The position numbers and the translations under genes are program-made. A DNA stretch of 64,000 nt from Paragordius varius (taxonomy: Eukaryota > Animalia > Nematomorpha). Below, piece after piece: positions 13,874 through 27,428 of this stretch (positions are counted from its first letter, which is position 1; every line of letters begins with the position of its first letter). The stretch is from NCBI GenBank assembly GCA_964247055.1, contig OZ176051.1, positions 3,534,001 through 3,598,000 on the forward strand, written 5' to 3'. Under the pieces are notes generated by a model that saw nothing but the letters and a program-made list of their open reading frames with translations, did no database searches and was not told the DNA's origin.

Positions 13874-14593
13874 CACTTGGATACAACACATTCATTTTAG
13901 TCCTTCGATTAAAATTGGGGTAGTTGGATACCCCAGGCTTGTTTAAATAAATATTTTAAAAAATATGGAAGGAATCGGAACCATGGCAAAATTATGCACT
14001 TATATAACCTTAATAAACCGAAATATATAAAAAAATTTATTCAAAAAACACTTGGATACAACAAATTTATTTTAGTCCTTCGATTCAAATTGAGGTAGTT
14101 AAATACCCCAGGCCTGTTTTAAATTAAATTCTCCAAAATATATGGAAGGAATCGAAACCATGACAACATTTTGCACTTATATAACATTAATAAACCGAAA
14201 TATATAAAAAAAATTATTCAAAAATACTTGATATTACTTATTTTAAGCTAAAACCGAAAACTAAAAATTCAGTCAACATGACATATGTGCAATGGTAAAA
14301 TTGAAAAATTTCTATCAATGTTAAATGTGATTTAAATAAAAATTAGCTTTAATTTTACCCTTAAAAAAAAATAATGCGATATTTTTCAAGAATGTGTAAA
14401 ATTAAAATGGCGTTGAAGTAGTTTGACATGAAACTTTTTTAAAAAAACTAAATTTTATTTAAATATTTTGGCATATTTATATTTCTATTACGATAGAAGC
14501 ATAAATTTAAAGTGGCACCGTTTCATTCAGTAGTTTTTTAAAAATCTTTAATTAAGTCTGGTGTATTTAGATATCCCAATTTCAATCTAAGTG
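13874..14593 (+). mobile_element. piggyBac-like MITE with duplicated first ~175 bp
   Basis: TTAA on both sides (13870-13873, 14594-14597); the 5' motif cacttggatacaac restarts at 14049. Confidence 0.8.
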
Positions 14594-15835
14594 TTAAAAG
14601 CAAACCAAAAGCTTTTTCAAAGATTTTTTAAAATTTTATACTAGTGTAAGCCTAATAATTATATTAAAATAATTTATATGATTTTTAAATTAGTAAGTCT
14701 ATGAAAATTTTTGACTCATTTGAGGGTTGAAAATTTTGACCATATAAACCCAAATAACTTCTACATCTAATTGATTTAAATGACTATTATAATTTGAAAG
14801 ATACAGTTTTTTGAGCTCTTTCGAATGATATATAATACATGGCTTCATATCTATAACTTTTAATTTGAATTTTGAGTTTAATATTAAATCGGGGCCAAAA
14901 ATTATTGATAAACTTTACTATCAAAAAATTCTTAGGCGTTAGACCATTTTTTTAGATATATTATTTATATACTTTAATGATATAAATTTTAAAATTACAA
15001 GAATGGCACTTAAAAAAGTCAATATTTGTTGTCTAGTGTTATCAATGGGTGGATCCGAGAGCGATAATCGGACATTATACTGAATAAAGGAGCTGATGAA
15101 ACAATGTTAATTTAACCAGGTTGTCTCTTCTAATTAAACAGTGCAAAGTAAAAAAGGTTCTGATATTATGTATATTGTGATAGGAAAATCTATCAGTACT
15201 TTTGGTTTTGTTCCTTAGAAGTTATTTCAAAAATCTTTATGAAGAATTATTTTGGTGTAAGCTGGATAGCTTATTTTAAAAAAAAATATAATTTACTACA
15301 TATAAAAGACAAAGTTTTATACATATCAACTTTTAATTTTTAGATTTAGGCTGCAAAAATCCCAAATTTTTGGACCCATTGGAAATGAACTTTTTCTCGC
15401 AAATATATTGAGAGTAAAAAATTATATATGATAGATTGTGGAATGATATTCTTGAGAAAATGAATATTTGTTGGAAAAATAAATTAGATTTTTTCTTAAA
15501 ACTCATTTTACATTTTAACTAAATTTCAGTACAAACTATTTTATATTTATATTTATATGTGTGTGTGGTGATAGAAATGTTCAGCATAATCGAATTATAG
15601 GGAAAAAGTGTACTTATTATATTTTAAAGTTTTTTAAACCGTTTTCACCGTGCTCTAAAATATCATGAAATAGGGTTCATCAAAATTGAGCTAAAAATTA
15701 AATTTATAAACTATAGTGCATTAAAATTCTTTTTGAAATAATAATCTACCATATATTAATTATTCTTAAAATCTCTATTAAAAAGAGTTCTCTTCAAGAC
15801 CCCATACAAGATTTTATTGATAATCTAATGATTTA

Positions 15836-17850
15836 TCTATACATTTATACAAATGGAAAGTGCTGGCTTTGTGATCTCTTTCCGGACGACCGGGAGACCC
15901 ATTTAAATCCAGCTGTCGAAAAAATTTAATTAATGAATCCCCGACAATAGCTTCGCCCTTTTTTGAATTACCAGTTCAGGCCCACCTCCTGAAAAAGGTT
16001 TTTTTTAAAACAGAATTCCACAAAAATCGTGTTTTTGAGACAATTTTCCGGAAAACGTGTTGGACCATTCGATTTCAAATATGATTTTTTTTACTTTTTT
16101 TGATTGCGCTGAACATAGTCGGCGCGCTTTTTTCATTTAGGCCCTCTTTTTACTCGCTCCCCCCGTAAAATGCCATTTTTTTTAAAAAATTAAGTCCACA
16201 AAAATATTTTTTTGAATTTATTTTTGGCCCAGGGTATGAGACTGTAAAAATTTAATAAGGATTCCATGTATTCCCTGTTAAAAGGCAAAAACTTTAGTCA
16301 GGCGTTTTTTTAAATAGGCTGCTGGGTAAGGTGATACCCACTAAAAACTGCCCGTCATATCGATATAGCGTGCCTTTGGGAATTTCAGAAAACTTATCAG
16401 GCCATATAAGTCCTTAAAATACTACCCGTAACAAGGCAAAAATTTAGCGTGGGTTTTTCAAAATTAGCCGTTAATTAGGCCTTTCACGCTCTGAAAAATG
16501 CGCCACCATAGAGTAATTTTCAAAAACTAATGAGTGCATATGGAATCAATCATGATTCCAGATATTCTCCGTAAATGGCCAAAATTTTAATCAAGCGCTT
16601 TTTTGTATTTGTCTTTGGGTAGGGAGCTACCCGCCTAACTACCATACCAAAATTTCGTTGTTTACGAGTTAATTTCCAGAAAACCTATCAGGCTATAAAG
16701 TTTTATAAGGGCCTTAAATTTTACCCGTAAAAAGGCAAAAATTTAAGTTGAGCCGTTTATTTAAATTAGCCGTTAATTAGGCCCTTTACGCCCTAAAAAT
16801 GCGTAATCATTGAATAAATATTTAGTTTTGAAGCCATTCTTCCAAAAACTATTAAGAACCTAAGGAATGAATGATGATTCCAAGTATTTCTATATAGAGG
16901 CAAAAATTGTATTCAAGGTCTTTTTTCTATTGCCCTCTGGGTAGGGGCCTACCCGCCTACAACTGCGCCACCATATCGATACAGCGTGACTTAGGGGCAA
17001 ATTTTAGAAAACTTATCTGGCCATATGAGTTCGATAAAGGCTTAAAATATTACCGTAAAAAGGCAAAAATTTAAGTAGAGTGGTTTTATTTAATTACCCC
17101 TTAAATAGACCCTTGCCCTGAAAAATGCGCCACCATAGAATGACTTTTTGGTTTTGAGGCAATTTTTCGAAAATCCTACGAGAGCATATGAAATCACTCA
17201 TAAATCCAGGTATTAACCGAATTAAGGCAAAAATTTTAATCGAGCGTTTTTTTGTTTCGCCTCTGGTTAGGGGGCTACCAGCGTAAAACTGCGTCATCAT
17301 ATCGATATAGCATGCCTTTGGAGCCATTTTTCAGAAAACCTAAGCGTTTAATAGGAACATATGGAATCCAATACCAAATATGCCCCATATAAAGGCAAAA
17401 ATTTGCCCAACGCCTTTATTATACCTGCCCCTGGGTAAGGATCTATCCGCCAAAAACTGCGCCACTATATAAAAATTGCGTTGTTTTGGAGCTAATTTAC
17501 AGAAAATTTATGAAGTCATATGAGCTCATTAAAAGCTTGAAATACCCGTAACTAGATAAAAATTAAGGTCGGGCTTTTTTTAATTAGCCCTTAATTTGGG
17601 GCCTTTATGCCCCTAAAAATACGCCATCATATAACGATTATTTAGCGTGGAGGGATTTTTTCGAATAACTTATGAGACGATGGTATCAAAGATGATTCCA
17701 AATATTTTCCCTATAAAGGCAAAGAATTTAACTCAGTTTCCATATAGGTCTATGGGTAGGGGTCTACCGGTTTAAAACTGAGAGGCCATTCAAAATGGCG
17801 TGGTTTTGGAGTTAATTTTCAAAATACTTAAGAAGCCATACGATTTAGTT
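15836..17850 (+). mobile_element. Non-autonomous Helitron, 3'-truncated
   Basis: A|TCtatacatttatacaaatggaaag at 15836; colinear with the reverse complement of 7500-9681 with one 5' unit; lacks the hairpin/CTRR end. Confidence 0.8.
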
Positions 17851-19517
17851 AAACACATTTCTTGGAAAATATCATTTTTTTCCTTTAAAGAGGGATCAAA
17901 AATAATTTACTTTTTATATCCCTTGATCCCAGCCGTATGAACAAAATTTTAAAATAGAACTTTTAACCATTTCGTAAAACGAAAACCTTAAAATAAATCC
18001 AATGTTGAATATTAACTTAAATAAGAGACAGTATAAATATGTCGATTTCGAGTAAACAATATTTGAGCCTATGCAAAAACTTGTAAAAGATTATTAAAGA
18101 CATCCTTTTTATTAAATATGTTTTTTATTATTTTTTATCTTTCCCCTATTTATTGCAAATTATTAAGTATAATTATCGGTGAGACTACGTCACAGCGAAA
18201 CGTGGAGGGCCAGCCAGTAATAATATAGTAAACCAGGAAACACAATCGTTTTTATTGATCATTTTATAATTAAAATGATTTTTGAATTTTTTTTTAATTT
18301 TAATAAACAATCACATTTTTTAATATTTTCTTGACTTATATGGAAAAAACGACATACGCACCAGGCCAAGAACATTGAATACGTCAATAATGATAATTTT
18401 GATTTAGATTTTAGTGATCTGTTTTTTAATTGTATCCAATTAATTATTTATTTAACTTTTATATTTTAACTGGATTATCGGGACAAAAAAATGCTCAGCC
18501 ATTTAATCAAAACACGTTTGATAAAATATTCGAAATAAAAAACCTTTTTTACTTTATCATATTTGTATTAACATTAAAAAAATAATTTGTAGATTTCAGA
18601 AATACGTAAGATTGTGGTTTTTATTTACATTGATCAAAAAATTAGAATTTATGTAAATTTTAAAAATAAAGCCAAGAACAGGTTGACCAACAATTTTAAA
18701 GCAAATCCTTTCAATCCAAATCATAATTTTATTCCAAAATAATCATGGAAAATATCATTTAGTTAAATTTGCCAACTTTTTAAAATGAAAACTATTTTAA
18801 TTATATTTTATTCTATTAGAAATGCCCAATAATTAATCCATATGTAGTATATATTGATTGAATGTCGTTTTAACGAAAAATAGCGGTAATTAGTTCCAAT
18901 GTTTTATTTATAATGTTAAAATCAGTTTTTATTGTCAATTATATATATTTTTATATATTACATGCAGATCAATAACGACGTTTGGTGAAAAACCAGCAAA
19001 ATGCTTCTGCAAATTATTAAATGAAAAAAAAAGTTATAAGAAAAGTAAATTTTAAACATTACTAGCTAACATTGCAAAAAATTGATAATCAATGGGATAA
19101 AATTCATTGTTTTATTTTCTTCCACATTAAAAGATACTACTAATGTTAAGTAAGTTATGTAATGAGGCGCATATGTTAGCCGATGTTTAATGCGATTTTT
19201 AATCGATTGAATATTTTTTTGATAAGCCCTTGTGCAAGAATCGAAACGATAAAAAACAATCTTATTATTCGTATAGATTGAAATACGAAATCAACAACCA
19301 CACATACACAAGGCAAGCAAGCTATAACAAATAGATATTTATTCGCTTGCGTAATTGGATATACATATATTTTATATAATAAACATTAAAAATAAATTTC
19401 CAATAATTTTGATTTATTATTATTTATAAATATATTTTTTTTAAAGCGATTCTCATTCGATTGATATAGTAATTGATAATATCTAAGATATAATTTTTTT
19501 CATTCTACCCAAAAGTG

Positions 19518-21803
19518 ATGTCCTCCAGGTATAAAACTTTAGTTTATAGCTTCAAATATCTACCTTTTATTCCACAGCAGTAGTAGTGGGTCTTCAAGCA
19601 GCAGTTCAGATTCCGAAGTAAATATACAGTCATATATTTAATAAATATTTTTTCAAGTGTATATATGGCGAAAATTGAAATTATACAGGGTAAACGTTAA
19701 AACTAAAAGGCAATCGAAATGCAATCATACTTTTTTAGCCGTAATTCCTATAAAAAATATTTACCAAATATAATTAATTGTACAATTTACATCTCTATTT
19801 CATAATTTAGAATTTAAAACAAAATAAGCTATGTTTATAACACTCAAATTCAAAACAGTATAGCGAGCGCGATTTTGAAATGAAATATTTGTCTTTATGA
19901 TTACGTACGCTTTGTCGGCAGACTATCAATTTTTACCATAATAATTTATTTTTATCATGTTTTCATTCTATTTCAGTCCTCGGATGAGCGCGACAAAAGA
20001 CCAGCAGCCAAACCAGAACCTCCACGCAAACCCTCGGTCGAACAACCTAAACTATCAGCCAAAGATGAGGTAAAATCATTTTTTGCCAATCTATTTCTTA
20101 AATAATAATGATAATAATACTATTTTGAAAATATTATAGATTGTTTCGTTACATACCAGTTTTTAGATTGTTCTAATATAATTTAAAGATCTTTTAACAA
20201 AAATTAAAGCATTTAAATGGGTAATTAATAGTAATCCTTATTCAAAATTAATCACCATAAAACGCCTCGTTAAAATAAATTATTAACTTTAGTGATTGAT
20301 TTTTTTTTTCAAAACTGAAAATTATCCATATATTATATAAATTGACAAATATCCATAGCACACTCGGAAAATGGATGAAAAAGAACGACGAAAAGCCGAA
20401 GTCCGAGCCCGTTTAGAAGAGCAGAGCAAGAGCAAAAAAGGATTTTTGACACCGGAACGTAAGAAAAAACTTAAGGTAAATGCCATTCAATATATCATTT
20501 TTAAAATCGCTAAAATTTATGAATTGATACCTTTAACACTATTTTTTGTATAATTGTTATGAAAGGCTTACATTATGAAAAAAGCTCGTGAAGAGATGTT
20601 GGTAGAATTGAAAAAGAAGGAGGAGGAAAAGAAAAGATATTTAGAACAAAAAGTTAAGCCATTGCCATCTAATCTCGATACCATGGGTGATGGTAATCCA
20701 TTTTTTCTTACCAAAAGATTTAAACAAAGACTTAAAACCAAATTTATATTAATATACAATTAGTAGGGCGCAGCCTTTTTTGCTTCAAAAGGGTCATTAT
20801 ATTTAAGTTATACGGCAATTAATATAGTGTTGACTTCACAATTCTTGTATAAATTTAGATATATAGATATTTCGTTATATCTAGAAACAACAATTTAGAA
20901 AATGCTTAAATATTATTTATATGCATACAATTTTTCCAAAATATATTCAAATTTAAAAAAATCCATCCTGTATCTCTCAAAAATGTAGAGGAAGTTAGAC
21001 GATTATGTGAAGAATTAATTGGAAAGATTAAAGAGTTGGAACTTGAACGATATGATTGGGATTCATCTGTTAGAAAGAACGAAGAAACGGTACATATAGT
21101 TTCCTTTATTTTTTTAACAAAAATTTCTGAATTATTTTTTTGACATGTGCCTTGATAAAAATCTAATTCAGTATTAAAACAAAGGCCTTCTTTTTTAAGA
21201 ATCGCTTAGTAATATTTTATTTAACCCATTTATATATATATTAGATAAACACCCTTACTAATGAAGTCAATAATTTACGAGGACGATAGTAAGTTTTGAT
21301 TTAATAGTTACATTTTTTTGGATTTTATTTATGTCTAACATTATTTTTTTGTACGACAGCGTCAAACCCACACTCAAGAAAATTTCCAAATATGATGCTA
21401 AGTAATAAAATGTTTCTCTTTTATATGTAAAAATATTTTAATATTATTACTAGCAAAATTAAAAATAACTTTATAAGTCAGTCATATAATTTAATATAAT
21501 GTTTTGTTAGATTTGAAAAAATGCAAAAAAGCACAAAGGTTGAGGCACCCGATTGGCGCGGCGGTCTCAAAAAAATTGAAACTGGAAGATTTACTATGAG
21601 CGATGAAGTCGAGGTCTAAATTTTTATATCACAAATCTATATATTTATAATTTTGTTTTAGTATATATCAATGAACAAATCATAATATGATAAAATAATT
21701 GAATATATTATCTTATTATGAAATTAAATTAAAACATTATAATTTTTAGACAAAAGCTAAACCAGAATGGGCAGCTGGCACCACAGCACAAGCAGCCGAA
21801 TAA
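19518..21803 (+). CDS. TnI: Troponin I, complete, 10 coding exons, 243 aa
   Basis: Exons 19518-19528, 19578-19617, 19977-20069, 20359-20475, 20566-20692, 20989-21089, 21245-21288, 21360-21401, 21511-21613 and 21750-21803 sum to 732 nt in one frame. Hallmark RRKAEVRARLEE...KKGFLTPERKKKLK. Exons 1-3 are the least certain. Confidence 0.93.
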
Positions 21804-24800
21804 TAATTTTCCATTTCAACATTTATTTCTATGCAAAATAATATGTATAAAGCATATTTGAGTTTCATTTCCAATGCTTTCTTTCAAATATTAAAATTTA
21901 TAAGATTTTATGTTTACATCCCTCCAAATCAATCAACGGATATAGTCATTAATTTTGAATTTATTTATACGTTTTTATCTGTGGAGGAATATCCAATCTC
22001 ATTCAAAAGGTCATTATGTGCAATAATGTTTTTAAGGGTATTTATTTAAATTGAATACCTTTTAAAAACAATCAATATTTCTTTTTATTGTTTTTATCTA
22101 TCTATCTATCTTTCTCTATGTATAATGGATATATATTTTTGTATATGCTTTGAAACTTAAATTTAAATTAACTATTTTTAAAAAAATTATAACATCGTGT
22201 AACATTGTGTTGTATCTATAAACCAGCCTTTTAATAAATTCCATACAATTGTGATAGCGTAGCTAGGGGAAGGAAACGAGGCGGATGTACTGTGCACCAT
22301 AGTTTAAGGGGCGCCGAATTTTAAATTTTTAACTTACTTCAAAAAATAGGTGTTTAAAAGTTATTATTTTAAATAATGCATACAACATCACCAGATTATG
22401 AGTGGTCCACGGTTTGACATTGATTAATTTTTTTAAAATGCGCAAGGGTTTGCATGGAGGGGGAGGGGGCGCCAGAAACTCAAGCTATGCCTCTCGCGGG
22501 TAATGTTAAAATAAAGATGTTTCATACATCAATTAGCAAGTAAGCCCTACATCTTACAACATTACATACAATTTTAGTATGCCATTTAAATTAGAGCTGC
22601 TAAATTATCTTACTTCTATACTCAAATAGTATGCATCAATCTAAAAGAAAATTTAAACGTTTTCACGCCATTGTTTAAAAATTTTTATACATAGAATTTT
22701 ATTTTTACAGCTAACGTATTACTAGAGAAGTCGAGTGCAGAAGCATACTTTGGTGATGGAAAGGGTATATACATACCTTATCCAGAAATTAAGGGGCACC
22801 TATTTTTTAAAATTTTTTCAAGATTATGCTTGATTTAACACCAGCAACAAATAGGGGGCGCTGTAAACACTCGTTAAGCCAATTGTCCCATATCATGAAT
22901 AATCAAATTCTTAAGTCATTTCTTACAGTTTATATTTATAAAAATGGAAAGTGGCTTTGTGATCTGTTTCCGGAAAACCGGTAGACCCATTCAAAAAATG
23001 TCAAAAATATAATCATTAATAAATTTCCCGACAATAGTTTCGCCCTTTTTTTGAATTAGGCCCCCAGTTCGGGCCCACCCCGTGTAAAAAACGGGTTTTT
23101 TTGAAAACAGTTTTCCGGAAACGTGTTGGATCATTCGATTTCTTATATGATTTTTATTTACTTTTGTTTGATTGCGCCGAACATAGCGGGCTCGCTTTTT
23201 TAATTTAGGCCCTCTTTTTACCCGTCCCCCGTTAAATGCCATTTCAAAAAAAACCAAGTCCACAAAAATAATTTTTTGAATCTATTTTTAGCCCAAAGTA
23301 TGAGACCGTAAAAATTCAATAAGGATTCCATGTATTTCCTGTTAAAAGGCAATAATTTGGGTAGAGATTTTTTTTTATGTCTGCTGGGTAAGGGGATACC
23401 CACTAAAAACTGTCCCCTCATAACGAAATAGCGTGCCTTTAAGGCTAAGTTTTAAACCTATCAGGCCATATGAGAACAATGGGTGCTTATATGGTAATAA
23501 ATATGATACCCAAATAAACTGTCAAGTGTCCCAGGCTTAGAAATAATGAATGTCTGCTTAAAATATACCGTTTAAATCGAAAAAAAGGTCATAGATTTTT
23601 TGAATAGAATTTCTTGTGGCCATTTTAAGACAATAACAAGTTCTGGACGGAAGGCGAATTGGATAGATATGATTATAATATTAAAATTGTTACAAATAGG
23701 GTCGTGCATTTGACTGCTTTTTCAAAAATGTCCCGTCAGACCCAGTCAAACCATGGTCATGACCACTTTTTTCTTAAGTAAATATCATGCGATATTGGAG
23801 ATTGTGAAAATAATGCTCGAACGTCACTTGCGTTTCAATAATGTCATGTTTTTTCTTAAAACTTTGTATTATACATTTTTTGTTATTTATTATTTACAAA
23901 TATATTCAACTAAATTTAATCAAAAATTTTGTTTTCAAATGTATTCTGCCACATGTTTTTGGCCTTCTAAATCTTCAAATACATAGCTTTTAATACTTGA
24001 TATTTCAAAAAAATACCTGTTTTACATTTTCTTTCATCAATAAATTAATATCCAATTATAAAATGTTTTTTCATTTTATTGGACTTATATGTAATAATTG
24101 CATATTTTGCACAAGGCTTGATTGTTTTGTTATTCGAAATATCTGGATATGCTTAAATGTTAATAAACCATTTGCAATTCAAGTTGGTATTTGAACATTT
24201 CAAGTTGGTCCTTGAACAATTCAAGTTGTATTCATTCATTGTTTACCACATGGCCAAGTGAGTATAATTGGATGATCTCGGTTTCAAGCAGTCTGATATC
24301 CCTGAATGTGGCGCATATTGTGTTAATTTTAAATTTATATACATATCTGAATTGAGTTGTTTAGTCACAATTATACGTCTGGAAATGTTCCAGAGAAAAA
24401 TGTAAGCCTATATAGTTTTCTGTTTTTATTAAATAATACGATTACCAATGCTTGTATATCTAGTTTCATATATATATATATATATATATATTAGATATAC
24501 TTATTGTTAAATTTTATTAATACCCTATGTTACAATATCTCTCAAAGATACCACAAATTTCCATATTTAGAATGTCGTTTTGAAATCATATTTTAAATAA
24601 TAATTTTTAAGTGGAGTTTGCCTATCATAACATTAAATTACTTAGTTTTAGAAAGAAAAAGCAGTCCTAAATGTTTGAAAATCGGCTATAAAACTGAGGA
24701 AATTGCCTGGACTAATGTCGGTAGACGTTTGTTTTATAGCTCTGTAATAGCAGTATATCTCGCGTTATAATGCCAAATATTAAACCATTTATATTTCCTT

Positions 24801-25347
24801 TGCATGCCTTTCGTTAGTCAATTATCCAGCGGCTACACATGGAGGTGCCGAATTTAAATATACACAATTATCTATTACATTAATATTTTTTGTAGGAAAA
24901 AAGTTTGTTATTTTTAAAATGATTATTAAATAAATAGTATTTATTTATTTGTTTTAGCATTTTTATGATTTTAGTTTTTTCGAAGGCGTAGCAGGCGGTT
25001 TGAAACACTTATGATCGTATTCCTATTCTATATTATTGCTAAATATTTGAAGTAAAGTTAAAATTTTAGTGTATGACTATTTATTGGTGGATATAATTCT
25101 AATGTTGATTTATCAAATTATTCACTGGTGATATGATTTTGAGTGATTACATTTCAAACCGGTGACAATCATTAGTGCATTCATAATCGATCAAACCCAA
25201 CACAAATTAGTTGTTATAATTTATACTTGGACAAAAGTGTCAAAATTATATCATTCACAAATATTATTTTTTAGCAAAATAATTCACTTAACCTGGAGTA
25301 AAGTCTCACGTTTAATTAATTGATGCAAGATGCGTAAAAAAATCATT
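20866..25347 (+). repeat. Copy 2 of the direct segmental duplication (matches 1-4482)
   Basis: Appears identical to 1-4482 at offset 20,865. Confidence 0.97.
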
Positions 25348-25639
25348 TATACCAAGGTTTCTAATAAATAATAATAAATTATTATTTTTTAAAAAATTGG
25401 ATAGGTATATACAATATAAATAATATTTATGATGTAAGAAATCTGGTAACGCCCCCTCCCCCCTCCCATAAATAAGTGTCAATGATATAATGAAAACCGT
25501 TGGTGTATTTATTAATAGCTAAAAATTATTATAGTCTGAAAAAATGAAGTTAAAGTGTGCATCAATTATTCAGTTAAAATGATAAAAAGAATGTGAGGGT
25601 GGAAAAAAAATTTATCACACCATAAAATAATTATGATTC

Positions 25640-26260
25640 CAATATATAAAAAAGGTCCAGTAAAAAATTGTAAAAATCACAGAATTATATCGCTCATACC
25701 CTACATAAGGGTAATACTTCTCATAATAATCCAAGTGAGAATAGATTGATACAATTACTCCATATCTTATAAATAGGCTGGTTTTATGACAGAACAGAAC
25801 AACATAACTTACTCGGAGCAAATGTTTCCATAAATGGCATCTCTACAACGGACATTACGAGGAGAGTTGTAATGGCAAAAAATGCTACAATCAAGCTCAA
25901 ATCCATTCTTAAAAACAAGAAGATTTCCCACCATCAAGCGTTTAATAGAGACAATATATCCAGTAAATAGTTGTGAATCCTGAACCCTCATAAAAATCGA
26001 TTGCAACAAAATAAAAGCTTTTGAATAATTATAGGTAGGTATTTTTGGTGGACAATGGGAACTTAAACTAAATAATAATAAAATACTAGGGTATATTAAA
26101 CCCAAAAAGGACCTCTAAAAAAATTTATATCTTGAAACTCAGATTTTTCGGCCATGTAATGAGAGCAGAAGACCATAATAGGCCCAGTAGAAAAGGCTAG
26201 ACGTAAAAGCCTAAGTTATAAGATCAGATTAAAAAAATTACCGCACATTCAATCCAACTC
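25640..26260 (+). mobile_element. Highly deleted RTE LINE remnant
   Basis: IYKKGPVKNCKNHRIISLIP at ~25640-25700 and DITRRVVMAKNATIKLKSILKNKKI at ~25850-25925, with many stops and deletions. Confidence 0.75.
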
Positions 26261-27428
26261 GCACAATTATGTATAAACAGAACGATATGGTCTTAGCTAA
26301 CTGCCCTTTATTTCCAAACTAAATATTCTCCTCATCCAACTAATGTTATAATTTATGTCAATCATAAAATTTTTGATTATTAAAAGCGGTTACAGTCATT
26401 AGTGCATTGATAATGGTTCAGCCCAACCCTAGGGCATTCGTTTTATAAATTGACTGATATTACATTATATTAAATTCGCAAGATCCAAAACTAAAAAAAG
26501 CAGGATTATAATATAAGTGGAAAGAGAAAAAAATTTACTCGCTTTGATATCAACCCTTCTTTAGTTTGTTTTTAGACAATGGGTGGGGTGATAAAAAAGT
26601 CGCACTTGACTAAGTCAAGCGTGGCAAGTTGAGCAAGTTTACTTAAGCCAGCAAGTCCACACTTGAAGATCGGTGATAAAAAAACACTTAAGTCAAGTCT
26701 TTTGCTTATGAATGTAACATTTTTTTGCCACCGATTCGAATTTTACAGAAATTATTTTGATCATTTTCAGCCAAAATTTATGAAAAAGCACAAAAAGATA
26801 AACAATCAATACAATATGCATTTATTGACGTTTTTCAAACTCACTGGCACGTATCTTATTTAATATTATAAAAAATTTTAAATATTGAGCCTATAATTTT
26901 TAGATTGATGAAACCATTCGCCCTTAAAAAACTTTACATTTCTTTATCACAATACATTTTGTTTGGTCTGCAAATATAATGGGAAGATGTTTATACAATA
27001 TAGCATAATTATTTTTAATTGATTATAAACATTACATTCGAAATAAATTTATGATGAAATAAATTCTTTACATTGGTTGATAGTGAAGTAACCTTTTGAT
27101 TTTAATAAGCGAAGATTTGAAATATTACAAGATTAATATTTAATTATTAATTTTAAGAAATTTTCAAGAATCCAATTTTTTTTGCGGTCACAGAATTGAT
27201 ATATTTAGCATATTTTTATATGCCATGTTTATAAATATTAGCAGAGTCTATCAAATTTATCCTCTTTTGTATCCACCCAATGAATAGATTAATTAGCCAA
27301 AATTTATCAAATTAACAATTTATAGCATTAACAGGTTTGAATTACATATAAAACCTAAATTTTATATATAAATCGTTTCCAAAATAAATTTTTCCATATT
27401 TTTAAATCTGTCAAGTGTGCCCTACACC

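Noticed and set aside
18345-18360. CArG-like site upstream of TnI
   Set aside because: One mismatch, about 1.2 kb upstream, and expected by chance at this base composition.
19465-19482. 16 nt match ttctcattcgattgat also at ~31832
   Set aside because: Single short match in AT-rich DNA; the second copy is in SEC16 coding sequence.
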